A DNA stretch of 64,000 nt from the human T2T-CHM13v2.0 reference genome, Homo sapiens. The first letter of the stretch is position 1. Each line of letters starts with the position of its first letter. The notes beneath the pieces were generated by a model. That model did not search any database. It saw only the letters and a list, made by a program, of their open reading frames with translations, and was not told the DNA's origin. The DNA is taken from the NCBI RefSeq assembly GCF_009914755.1, contig NC_060946.1; one strand, given 5' to 3'. The translations under genes were made by a program, and so were the position numbers. Shown here piece by piece: positions 14,877 to 27,689 of the stretch.

Positions 14877-15906
14877 TAATTTATTATTAATATCTGGTGG
14901 CATTCATTGTTAGTATTAAAAATGATTCATTATTACTATAGAATAACCATGATCAGCAAGACATAATTTGTATTAGTTTATTTAATACGCACAACAGGCC
15001 TATGGGGCAGCATGATTATTAACTCCATTTTACAGATGGGGAAGTAGAGGCACAGAAAGACTCTGTAATTTGCCTGTGGTCACAGAAAAGTAGGCTTGGA
15101 ACCTCTGAAGCCTGGTTCCAGAGTCCACCTGCTTAACTACTCACTGGGCTTGCACTGTGTCTGAGATCAGCACACAGGGACCCAGGAGACTGATGGCTGG
15201 GCCAATCAGATGGCCTCTCACAGTTGAGCCACATAAGCTGAACCCTGAATGATGGGTGGAGGCAGAGGGTCCAAGGGGACAGGTTGAGTCCAGGTGAGGG
15301 AAATCACACACCATCAAAAACAGCTAAGCCAGGGAAAGACCCCATGAGGACTGCACTGTGAGGTGGCCCTGGTCATATATGATCATATTCTCAATGCTCC
15401 TTGGCAGACACCAAGGCAAGGCTCAGCCCAGTGCAACGGCATGAATACCTGAGCACAGTCCCCAGAGAACCCTCCATGGGACACCTGTGACGGGAAAGGG
15501 AAGCCTGTACTGAGTGGCCACTGCTCATGCCCTTGACTGGGAGCCTTCTCCTGGGGGGCTCACCCATGGGTTGAACACTTCACCAGCAGTTTTACATTCA
15601 TTGGCTTCTTTTAGTCCTCACAATGACCCTAGCAAGGCATGCAGTCGTAAAGGGGAAGAAACAGTGAAGAAGTGACTTGCCTATGGCCACCTTGCTGGTA
15701 AACATGGGAGCTAGGCTTCAAACACAAGCATGTCTGATTCCCAAGCCCACATTCTTTCCTATACACTGTGGAGGACAGAAGCCAAGCTTTTAAAACATTC
15801 TGTTTCATGCTTTGTCTGATTATAGAGGAAATGAAATAGCTTTTCCCTCAATAGCCCCCTACTACCTTTACTCTCTCCTCCTGTGGGGGTTGAACAGTAT
15901 ATCAAA

Positions 15907-16232
15907 TGTAATGGACTATCTCCCATTCCCCCACAAAATTCACATGTGGAAAGCCTAATCGCCAAGGTGATGACATTAGGAGGTGGGATCTTCGAGAAGT
16001 CATTAGGTCACAAGGGAAGAACCCTCGTGAGTGGATTAGCGCCCTTAGAAAAGACACCCCAAAGTGCTCCCTTGCTTGCTTCCACCATGTGAAGACAGAT
16101 GGAAAAGGTGCTGACTATGAACCGAAAGGCATGCCCTCACCAGACACCAAATCTGCCAGCGCCCTAACCTTGGACTTCCCAGCCTCCAGAAACTGAGAAA
16201 TAAACATCAAGCAGCCAGACTGGACTACGACA
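15907..16232 (+). mobile_element. MLT1A-type MaLR solo LTR
   Basis: tgtaatggact...caaaattcacatgtggaaagcctaatc...ttggacttcccagcctccagaa...ggactacgaca. Confidence 0.85.
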
Positions 16233-17854
16233 CTGAGGGAAGGAACTGGGTATCCACAGCTCAGTCACTTCTTGTTTCCCTCCTTTGGTTGGGTTCCATC
16301 TATGAGAGTCTGCAGCAGGGTCCAGAGCCTGCCATCTGAAGAGAGGACTGGAAGACCCAGCTCCCTCTGTCCTCTATTTTGGCAATGTGCAATAGCAATA
16401 CCCATTGAAGTTGGCTGGATAAATACTGCTCTAGAAGACCAGTTTTCTCTCTCATGGCACAGTGAATTATGGGGAAACCTATTTGGTCCAAACCACATCC
16501 CCACGAACTCCCATAACCAACAACGAATGATACAGTAGCCAGAGTAAGAACTATGAACCTCAGACCAGCCGAGGTCTGAATTCCAGCTATGCTCTTTACT
16601 TAGCTGTGTGTGTCCTTGAACAACTCGTTTCTCTTCTTGGAACCTGTTTCCTCAAGTGCAAGGTGGGGATCAGCAAGTAGGTAAGAGGGTTAAACAAATG
16701 CCTAGCTCAGTGCTTCCATGTTAGAGTGGTTCCATAAGTGTGGGTTTCCTACCCTCTCAAAGATGGGGCAGGGAAGGAGTTCTGCCCTCCTTTCTCCTTC
16801 CTGCCGCCATCAGTCAGAAAGCAAGCACTCCGCATTCAGGAGAGTAGAGACGGCTGGCAGGGATGAAACTATTCGATGAGGCTTACATTTCAGGGACGTA
16901 TGAGTGTGCAATATGTGCTTTTCTTCTTGTGCCTTTTGAAGGGTAGGAGAGGGAAGACTCTCCCCTGAGAACACATTTGATCTGGGCATAAGATCCTGGG
17001 CCATGCATTAAAATAATTGCATGTGGGCTGGTGTCACTCACACCCAGTGGGGGGATCGTGTCGTCTTTGCGAATGATTCCGGTGCTTGCCAAGTGCTGAG
17101 CCAGCAGGAAGGTTGATGGATGTGGATCTGACTGAGGAAATGTTAAGCTTCTTCAACAGGGAGAAACTTAAACTAAGTGAAAAGAAGGGCTGGCCTATGG
17201 ACCCCGCAAACAAAGCTTAATGGATTGTGCACAAATCTGCCAGGTACTTAAGAGACATGGTCTCATTAAATCCTCCAAACAAGCCCATTTGAATCCCACT
17301 GTCCACTTTATGGAGATGGTATGTGACTTGCCTGTATCTCACAGCTGGTAAGTTGCAGTGCTGAGACTGGAAGTCAACTCTGAAGCCCAAACCTGAGGTT
17401 CTTAACTACTATCATATCTAGTCCTAAAGGGCTGAGCATTTTACAGATGAGGAGAGTGAAATTTACAGAGAAATGAGTCTGCCCAACATCACATGGTGAG
17501 TCTGTGCCAAGTCAGGGTTGGGACTAGGACCCAGGTCTCCTGGTGCCCCACAACCCACCGCAAGCCGTCTGTTAGCTCATCAAGCCTCATCCCGCTCTGC
17601 ATCTGTCTAGTTTGTGTATTCACTACAGGCAAGTGCTGGTGTTACATAAGAAGGAAGATGGGGGAGTGGATGGCGAGGTCTTAGGCAAGCAAAGGCGGTT
17701 CTGAAGAGTGCTTTCCCATCCAGCTCCCTCTGATCGGCAAGCCCATCCAAAAATCTGTTAAGGTATATTCAGGTTTACATTTTGCACCTGAGTTTTTAAT
17801 CATCAGGACATAGAATACTCCATTACCTTGTGCTAGGATCTAAATAAATAATAT

Positions 17855-17932
17855 TTAGTTTGGTACAAAAAGTACTTGCGGTTTTCGCCATTAAAAATTG
17901 CAAAAACTGCAATTACTTTTGCACCAACCTAA
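17855..17932. mobile_element. MADE1 (Hsmar1-derived MITE), palindromic
   Basis: ttagtttggtacaaaaagtacttgcggttttcgccatt...aattgcaaaaactgcaattacttttgcaccaacctaa: back-to-back mariner TIRs. Confidence 0.92.
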
Positions 17933-17980
17933 ATAGCTACCATGTATTCAATACCCATTATATGCTAGACATTAGGCTGG

Positions 17981-18289
17981 TGTTTTTTGTTTGTTTGTTT
18001 GTTTGTTGTTTTAGAGACAGGGTCTATGCTGTATCACCCAGGCTGGAGTACAGTGGTGCAATCTGGGCTCACTGCAGCCTCAATCTCCCAGACTCAAGTG
18101 ATCCTTCCCCTGAGTGGCTGGGACTACAGGCACACACCACCATGTCCAGCTAATTTTGTTTATTTTTTGTAGAGCTTAGGTCTCACTATGTTGTCCAGGC
18201 TGGTCTCAAACTCCTAAACTGAAGTGAGCCTCCTGCCTCAGCCTCCCAAACGGCTAGGATTACAGCACTTTGAGCATCTGCATCCGGCC
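17981..18289 (-). mobile_element. AluJ
   Basis: Reverse Alu with (TTTG)n tail. Confidence 0.9.
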
Positions 18290-18676
18290 AGGCCAGGGTT
18301 TTTTATGTATGTATGTATCCATATATATATATGATATTAAATACATAATACCTATTATTTACTTCTCTACATTGAATGTGATCATGGGATTATAGAGGAA
18401 ACAAAATAGCTCTCACGTTTCCTCAGTAGCCCCCTACTGTCCTTACTCTCTCCTGCAGGGGTTGAATAGCTTAGTAGATGTAATGGACTGTCTCCCACTC
18501 TCCCTCAAAATTCATGAATGTGATTGTGGGATCACATTCAATCAAAACAACCTGGTATGGTGATTTCTATTATTATCTTCATTTTACAGAGGATGAGTCT
18601 GAGCCTCAGACTAGCCCAGGGTCACTAAGTGAGTACATGCTCAAGCTTAAAACAAAATCAGATCTGTCTTGCTCAG

Positions 18677-19098
18677 TATATTAGTCAGGGTTCTCTAGAG
18701 GGACGGAACTAATAGGGTAGATATATAAAGGAGTTTATTAAGTCTTAACTTACACGATCACAAGGTCCCACAATAGGCTGTCTGCAAGCTGAGGAGCAAA
18801 GAGAGCCAGTCCAAGTCCCAAAACTGAGTCTGATGTTTGAGGGCAGGAAGCATCCAGCACGGGAGAAAGAGGTGGGCTGGGAGGCTAGGCCAGTCTCTCC
18901 TTTTCACATTTTTCTGCCTGCTTTATATTTGCTGGCAGCTGATTAGATGTTGCCCACCAGATTAAGGGTGGATTTGCCTTCTCCAGCCCACTGACTCAAA
19001 TGTTAATCTCTTTTGGCAATACCCTCACAGACACACCTGGGATCAATACTCTGTATCCTTCAATCCAATCAAGTTAACACTCAGTTTTAACCATCACA
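18677..19098 (-). mobile_element. MLT2A (HERV-L) solo LTR
   Basis: Reverse complement begins tgtgatggttaaaactgagtgttaacttgattggattg and ends ctctagagaaccctgactaatata; 5-bp TSD ctcag on both sides. Confidence 0.92.
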
Positions 19099-19540
19099 CT
19101 CAGAAATGATTTTCTTTCTATTATATCTCATTTATTTATTCAACAGATAGTAAGATGAGCACTGATTTTGTGCCAGACACTGATCTGGGGGCTGTGAATG
19201 CAGAGATACACACAAGAGACCATACTCTCTTCCTGAAATTTACAACTTAGATAGAGAGGAAGGTATCACAAAACTGTCCATTTTAAACTACAAGTATGAT
19301 AACGTGCATTTAAAGAGGCTGTTGGTGATTTTTCCTGGGAAGGGCGCATTAAGTGGAAAGAAACCAAGACCCAGAGTCGGAAAGTGACTTACCGAGAGTC
19401 ACACAGCAGAGGTAGAAGTAGAGGCCAGCTTCTGTCTCCTGGGCCACTGCTCTTTCCACTAAACCACATCTCTCACTCTGAAAATCTGACTCAGGATCTG
19501 TGTTGCTGATATATATATATATTTTTATCAGTGCTTGTCT

Positions 19541-19702
19541 GACTACTAAGAAATGTTACGTCTTGGTCCCTTGAGGGAAAGAATCACCCATCATTGTTGG
19601 CTTGGGGGCAGCAAGCTGGTGACTGCTAAAGAATGTCTTGTCCTGGTCCCTTGAGGGAAAGAATCAGCCATCATTGCTGGCTTGGGGGCAGGAAAAGCTG
19701 GT
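19541..19702. repeat. Two-copy tandem repeat, about 80-bp unit
   Basis: gact..taa...tggtcccttgagggaaagaatca.ccatcattg.tggcttgggggcag...aagctggt occurs at 19541 and 19621. Confidence 0.9.
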
Positions 19703-21004
19703 GGTGTAGGCATTTATTGACAGGCTTTCACATCTGAGACAGAGTGACACTGGAGAATGCACCCAAAATAGATTTTTGTAAGGAGCTGATAAGTGCATGT
19801 GGATCTACAAGGATTGTGATGAAAATCTGTGATAACTTGTTCCACTTTCTGAGGCACATTATCAAGTAGTAATAATAATAATTATTATTAGCAGCTAACA
19901 TGTATCAGACACTTACTGTATGCCAGGCACTGCTCTGAAAACTTTGCTTCTGATAGCTCATTTACTCTTTACACAACTCTATGAGACAAGTGATGCTCTT
20001 ACTATGTTACCTGTCAGATGAGAAAAGTTTAGCACGTTGCCTGAAGTTACACAGCTAGAAAGTAGGAGAGTCAGGATTTGAACCCAAGCAGATAGAAAAA
20101 TTAGAATTCTGTGTCCCTTATTTCTCCCATATCTGTCATCATTAAATGAACATGAGATTGACAAAAGATGACAGGATCAGAAATGAAACCTACTTTCCCC
20201 TTCTAATACCCACCCCTGGGATACTAAGGCTGCAGGATGATTTAGGATTTCCCAGATACACAGGCAGAGCCTCCAGTCTGGCAGGAAGCAGAGAGAGGGA
20301 GGCATGGAAGTTGCATGCCAGGTGGGCTGCAGGAGCTGCCAAGCATCAGGGGCCCCATGGGTGTGATCTGATTGGATCTGAAATGCCTATAAAGGCTGAG
20401 TATATGTGCCGACTTGGAGTCGGCCTCTACTGAGCCAGAGAAAATTGACAGAAATTGATTACTGTCCAGGAAACTTAAACATCATCTGGGAAGGCAGCAG
20501 AAGTCCATGTGATTAAAGGAGACACGAGAAACTCTATCACCCATCAAGGGCACAGAAGAAAGCAGTTCAAAGGCAGAAACAAGACCTCAGTGCAAGGACA
20601 AGGCTGTGGAAAGAGTCCAGCCAATACTTCTGATGCACTTAGACCCCAGAGGGTTCATAAAAGTAATTAATGGTGCAAAACAGTGAAGAAATCAGAGCCT
20701 GTGTGCAAATGGCCAGGTGAATAAGAACATGGATCTTATCTCTTCCAAGTTACTGGGATAAGAGGCATTAGAAAATGGGTCTCCATCTCAACACTCCAAC
20801 TGACCTTCTATGACCCACAGAATAACACCTAGCCTGATAGGTAGGCCTGATGCAAACTGCCTCCCACTTATGATTCCAGCTCTATATCCAGGCTAAAAGG
20901 CAATCCTAGTATTTCTTAAACCTGTCTCTCATGATGCTGTGCCTTTCCCTGTGCTCTCCCCCTTGCTAGAATGTCCTTATTTTCTCTCTACAATACCCTA
21001 CCTT

Positions 21005-21390
<386 letters not shown>

Positions 21391-21559
21391 TCCTACCTTC
21401 TTTTCTACCAATGCCAGCTCATCCTTCATGGCTGAGCTCAAATGCACATGTTCTGCAAAGCTTTTCCTGAACACTCACATTGACACCTCCTTGTGTGTCT
21501 CCCCCTCCACCCCGTTCTTCCTAACAGAACACTAACTTTGTTTGTAGTTGCAATGTCCC

Positions 21560-21960
21560 CTGCCCCTGTGAATGGATCATGACCCAAGATCCAAGCCAAT
21601 CATGATGATCCAAGTCTCTGATTTCCCAGACTACCTTGCAGCCAGGGGTGGCCACGTGACCTAGGAATGCCCAAAAAGTTACATAGGGAAGCATTCGATT
21701 TCCTAATAAAAAGGTTCACATATGGCTAGTGTCCTCTTCTCACTTCACTCACCTTTCTATCGTAAACAGAGATGTGATGACTAGAACCATGACAGCCATC
21801 TTGTGACCATGAGAGGTCAACACATTGCTCTCCTATGAGCCAGTGTCTGTGTTTGCTTACTCTAGAGTTCTCAGGTAAGAAATTCAAACCCCCTACTTTA
21901 TTTTAAGCCACTGCATATTGAGTTTTCTGATTCTCATTGTAAGCATTCCTAACATAACAC
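21560..21960 (+). mobile_element. Old ERVL LTR (LTR16-like)
   Basis: ttcccagactaccttgcagccaggggtggccacgtgacc...cagccatcttgtgaccatgag...aagcattcctaac. Confidence 0.5.
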
Positions 21961-22979
21961 CCTAGGCAATTGCTAGGTCCTTCTTCAGTGCTCTACAGGC
22001 TCTTGCAGGTAGCTCTATTAGAGAACTCATTGCATGCTTCTTGTAATTATTTATTTACATGCCTGCACCTGGCAGCATTGGGATGTGAATTTCCAGGCTG
22101 GTAAAGAACTTGACTTATTATTCTTTTGGAGTGCCACAGTGCCTGGCACGCAGTTAGTATTCAGTAGCTGCCCTTTGGTTCAAGAATGGAAATCATGATG
22201 ATGACATTCTCAATAATCCTCACATTTTGTCTGTCTACAGTAAATCAGTGATAAAAGCTCTACTAATGTGGGATTTGGAATGGAGAAACATATTCCCCTT
22301 TTCTTTGTCTAAGGGACAAAGAGCTTGTCATTTTTTCTTGAAGGAGTTTAAGCTCCCGCTGTTATCCCCTTGTTTGGATTTTCAAAGAGAAGGACAATAT
22401 TTTCACAAGTCCTTTTCCTTGTCATCTTCGGGATTATGACACATGAGAGAAAAGGAGGAGCAGACAAACCTACAAGCCAGACCCAGCTCCAGCTCTGAGC
22501 TGCACTTAGTTGCTATGTAACCTGCACCTAGTTGCCTAATATCACAGAGACAGCCCCTCATCTGTAGAAGGGGTGTTTGAACCTAAGTACTTTGCAAAGA
22601 ACCACAAGTACTTTGCAAAGTTGTGGTCAATATCAGGACAGATGAAATGATGGAGATAAAGGTATATTGCATGTGTTCATTCAGTTATAAAAGACATCTG
22701 GTTTAGACTTCATGAAAGAGTCACCTTACCAATGAAGAAGGCTGGATGAAAACAGAACCTCTATGGGGGAAGGAGGAGTAAGAAACAAGATTTTAAATAT
22801 GGGGCTGCAGATTGTCACACAACCTGAGGGGCAAGGACAGGGAAGGTACAGACAACACAGCCCAGAGAGGAAGCCAGGCCAAGGGCAGGTCCTCCTGGCT
22901 AGACTTCAAGGAGTGACCCGAAAAGGGGACTATTCTGAAACACAGGCACTTTAAATTGGGTTTAAAGTACTGGGCAGAT

Positions 22980-23085
22980 GGGAGGTGGAGGTTGCGATGA
23001 GCCAAGATTGCTCCACTGCACCCCAGCCTGGGCAACAGAGTGAGACTCTGTCCCCGCTCCCCCACCCACCCCCCCAAAAAAAAAA
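22980..23085 (+). mobile_element. 5'-truncated Alu (end of right arm only)
   Basis: About 100 nt of Alu 3' end between TSDs aaagtactgggcaga / aaagtactaggcaga. Confidence 0.9.
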
Positions 23086-23276
23086 GTACTAGGCAGAGAT
23101 CAAGAGTGCTGTTGGGCAGGGGCAAGGCACTGATCTGGTAAGACTTAGGTTCAAACCATTGCCTTTTCTGTTACTCCAAACTACCTACTATATTTGAACC
23201 TCTATTTTCCAACCTCTTAAAATAAAATAATAATACCTGCTGCATAGGATCAATGAAACAAAAGCTGTAATGGCAT

Positions 23277-24141
23277 TGTAGTAGGTAATTTTATGTGTCA
23301 ACTTGACTGGATCATGGTGTGCCCTGATATTTGGTGAAACAATTATTTCTAGGTGTGTTTGTGAGGGTGTTTGCAAATGAGATTAGCATCTGAATCAGTG
23401 GACTCAGCAAAGCAAATGGCTCTTCCCAGTACAGGGAGCCATCGTCCAATCCATTGAGGCCCTGATAGAACAAAAAACTGAGGAAGGAGAAATTTGCTTT
23501 TTGTTTTTTTTTTTGGCTCACTATTTGAGCTGGGACATCAGTCTTCTCCTCCTTTCAGACTGGAACCGATATGGTTTGGCTGTGTCCCCACCCAAATCTC
23601 ATCTTGAATTGTAGTGCCCATAATCTCCAGGTGTTGTGGGAGGGGCTTGGTGGGAGGTAATTTAATCATCGGGGTGGGTTTTTCCTGTGCTGTTCTCTTG
23701 ATTATGAATAAGTCTCACAAAATCTGATGGTTTTATAAAGAGCAGTTTCCCTGCACATGCCCTCTTGCCTGCCGCCATGTAAGACATGCTTTTGCTCCTC
23801 CTTCGTCTTCTGCCATGATTGTGAGGCCTCCACCTAGCTAGGTGGAACTGTGAGTCCATTAAACCTCTTTTTCTTTATAAATCACCCAGTCTCAGATATT
23901 TCTTCATAGAAGTATGAAGATGGACGAATACAGGGATTTAACCATCAGCTTCCTTGGTTCTCAGGCCTTCAGACTCAGATTGAATTATAACACTGGCTTT
24001 CCTGGGAATCCAGCTTGTAGATGGCAGATGGTGGGCATTCTCTGCCTCCATAACCCATGGGTCAATTCTCATAATTAGTATCTTCAGATACATATACATT
24101 CTATTTCCTATTGGTTCTGTTTCTCTGGAGAATCTAATATA
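23277..24141 (+). mobile_element. MLT2 (ERVL) LTR interrupted by a THE1 LTR
   Basis: tgtagtaggtaattttatgtgtcaacttgactgg...ttggttctgtttctctggagaa; resumes after 23932. Confidence 0.85.
23567..23932 (+). mobile_element. THE1 solo LTR nested in MLT2
   Basis: gatatggtttggctgtgtccccacccaaatctc...ggacgaataca. Confidence 0.92.
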
Positions 24142-26542
24142 GGTGTTCACCATGGAGCCTGCAGCAGATCCATGCTCAGTGCTTGTGATGTGAATCAAGT
24201 CTGTGGAATATACACGCTCCATTCCCACATGATTCTCTCTGAGGGAGGCTCAGCACTAGCTAAAGTGACACTGTCCAACATCCCGGACTGCTGGATCCTT
24301 CAATGCAAGAGCTGTGTTCTATCCAACTTTGCATGCAAAAGGAGGCTTGGTCAATGTTTGTTGACTCCCCATGGATTGTATCTCAGCTTTTTTATGCTCC
24401 CCATGAGCTGCTGAAGCTTCCCTTTCATCCCCCTTCCTTTTCCTTTCCAATTCCTGACAATTATCAGGTACTGCTATTAAATAAAAATTAAATAAAAATG
24501 GTGCCCTTTATACCAAGACATCTCTTTCAGCCATGGAAGTTTTGCCACAGTGCAGTCTAGGGTCCTGGTACTCATAACTCTTTGGCTCCTGTCACACAGA
24601 TTCCTATTGCCTTTTGGTTTTTAGGAGTCTCAGCCAAAAAAGAAAAGAAAAATTTCTTCCCAGACAAAAACACATCATTATCCAGGAAAGGGGAAGAAAA
24701 GAGACCCAACTCATTGATGACTTAGTCCTCTCACTTGGAAAATGTAGACACTTAGGCCAATGCATGAATCCCAGGCCTTGTCTTATATCCTATCATTGCT
24801 TATTCTGTTCTCTGTAACATTTCTTATTTTTCCCTGCCCAAGGAGGTAGAGGCTAAGGAGGGGATAAAAGGACAACAGGAAAATGAAGACTTTTCACAAT
24901 ACTCAGGGCTGGGAAGGTCATGAATCCATGAGACAATTCAGCTGTATTTTCTCTAATGTTCATCATGTTCAATGTGTTGGGTTCCTTTATGCTATAAAAT
25001 GGGGGTAAAAACCAATTTGAACTGGATTCTGTTACATGCAAAGAATTCCTGATGCTGTCTTGATAGCAGGACATGAAAAAAGATGCAAACAGTGTTAAGT
25101 GTCCTCAATGACTGCTGCCTTTATGCGACTTCCCTGCAGACAACCCACACAAGACCAGGAGTGATAACCAGCCCGTATTCTTCCTGTCTCTATGGAATTA
25201 ATTACTAAGACTGTATTCACATTTTAGCCTCCCCACAGTGTCCTCCTCGGGGGTGTGACTGGAGGACAGGCAGGCTAGAAGGAAGCAGATCCCACCTCTA
25301 GAGGTTGGCATGGGATCCTTAGCTGAGGAATTTGACCAAGGTGGGTGGAGGAGCAGCTGGCTTGAGTCCCGTGGGATGTTGCTAACTTGGCCGAATTTCA
25401 GTCATGCCCTTGGGGGTGGGCACCGTAGGATTCGCTGCTTGGAAACCCTGGGAGAGGCAGCTGTGCTTCCTGGTTCCCAGCAGGCACCTTCCGTGAGGCC
25501 CACTATCGCTCTTTTGTCTGCCCCGCATCACCGCCCTTTGCAGAAGTAGATCAGGCCTTCTTCCCATGACTCTAATGGGGCTGTCAGTCATGCCTGACCA
25601 GCCAGAAGCCCAGACACGGACTCCAGCTGACCAGTGAGTCATTCCTGACCATTCCTAAGAACACAGGGATGGGTTCTTGCATGGATACCTGTCCCATGAA
25701 GGGTCAACAGAGTCCTTTTGAGGAGACATTAAGAGAAAAGGGGCTTCTCTCTTCAATTTGGGTTCATGAGTGCTAGTCACTCTTCCATTAGCCTTAGATT
25801 TCTTTATGTTTTCATTGCACGTTTTGCCTGAAATGACAATTGATCATTTGTTTTCTTGTGTGATAGCTGTATTCTGCACTAGAATGTAAGTTCAAGAAGA
25901 GCAAAGGCCTGCACTGTCTTGTTCACTATTGTGTAACCAGTGTCTAGCTCATAGCAAGTGTGCAATTAATATCTGTTGAATGACTAAGCTCTACCTACTG
26001 GCTGGAGGCCTCAGGAAGCCACCCTGCCATAACAGAGAAAAGCAAAGGCAGAGAGGGAGAGAGGGGAGAGGCTAAGTCATGTGAGCACCCATATGTAGCT
26101 GCATCAATGCAGAAGGCATGATATGGTGGCATGGCGCTCTCAAATATTGAGGTGTTCTGGGGTTTAAATGAATCTGGCAAAGTCTTCTGTCAACCAACCA
26201 TACTATTACTTATTTTTAGTGCATTTCATAATATTATTTTATAATTACTAATATTGAATTAAAATAACCCTCACAAAATGAATAATGCCTTAAAGAAGAG
26301 TCCTGCATTATAACCCAAAGTATAAAATAAATGAGTATATATAGACATAAATTATTTTTAAAATAAATAAATATAAATGAGAAAAAGTGACCAATCTTTA
26401 ATTACAGAGAAATTCTAATAATATATGTAGATACTACTACCCCCTTTGCGAGGAGATGGATCTTAATCCCTCCACTTCCATTGCAGGGTAGATATAATGA
26501 CTCACTTTCAAAAAATAAAGTATCAAAGGGAAAATTAGAAAC

Positions 26543-26823
<281 letters not shown>

Positions 26824-27258
26824 AAAAATTAGTAACTTTATAGTGGAGAAACCTAGCAAACATTGCCTTTACTACATAAGAATGGCTAACATCCCTAGTA
26901 ATGTTATATGTGGGCATCATGTACCTCCTGACACAATGTGAGGAGGAGGGCACTTCACATCTGTGATAGTCTTTCCAAAAATCTATCCCCTCAGTCTAAT
27001 CGTGAGAAAGTATACTAGACAAACCAACTTAAGGGACATTTTAGAAACTACCTGACCAGTACTCCACAAAACTATTGAGGTCAGTCACGAAAAACCAGGA
27101 AAGACTGTGACATTATGACAGACCCAAGGAGACTAAGGAAATAAAGCTTAAATGGAAACATTGAGTGAAATACAATGAAAGCTTGAAGTTTACTTGAAAA
27201 GCAATATATTGATGTTGGTTTGTCAGTTTTGATGAATGTACAACTGTTAGAAGATGCT

Positions 27259-27625
<367 letters not shown>

Positions 27626-27689
27626 CTACCTTTTAAACTTTTAAGTCTAACATCCTTCCAAATAAAAGTTTATAATTAAAAAAGGGAGT

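Noticed and set aside
22585-22620. Short tandem duplications (also about 10413-10440, 46588-46635, 48739-48763, 61942-62004)
   Set aside because: Ordinary slippage duplications, mostly inside old repeats.
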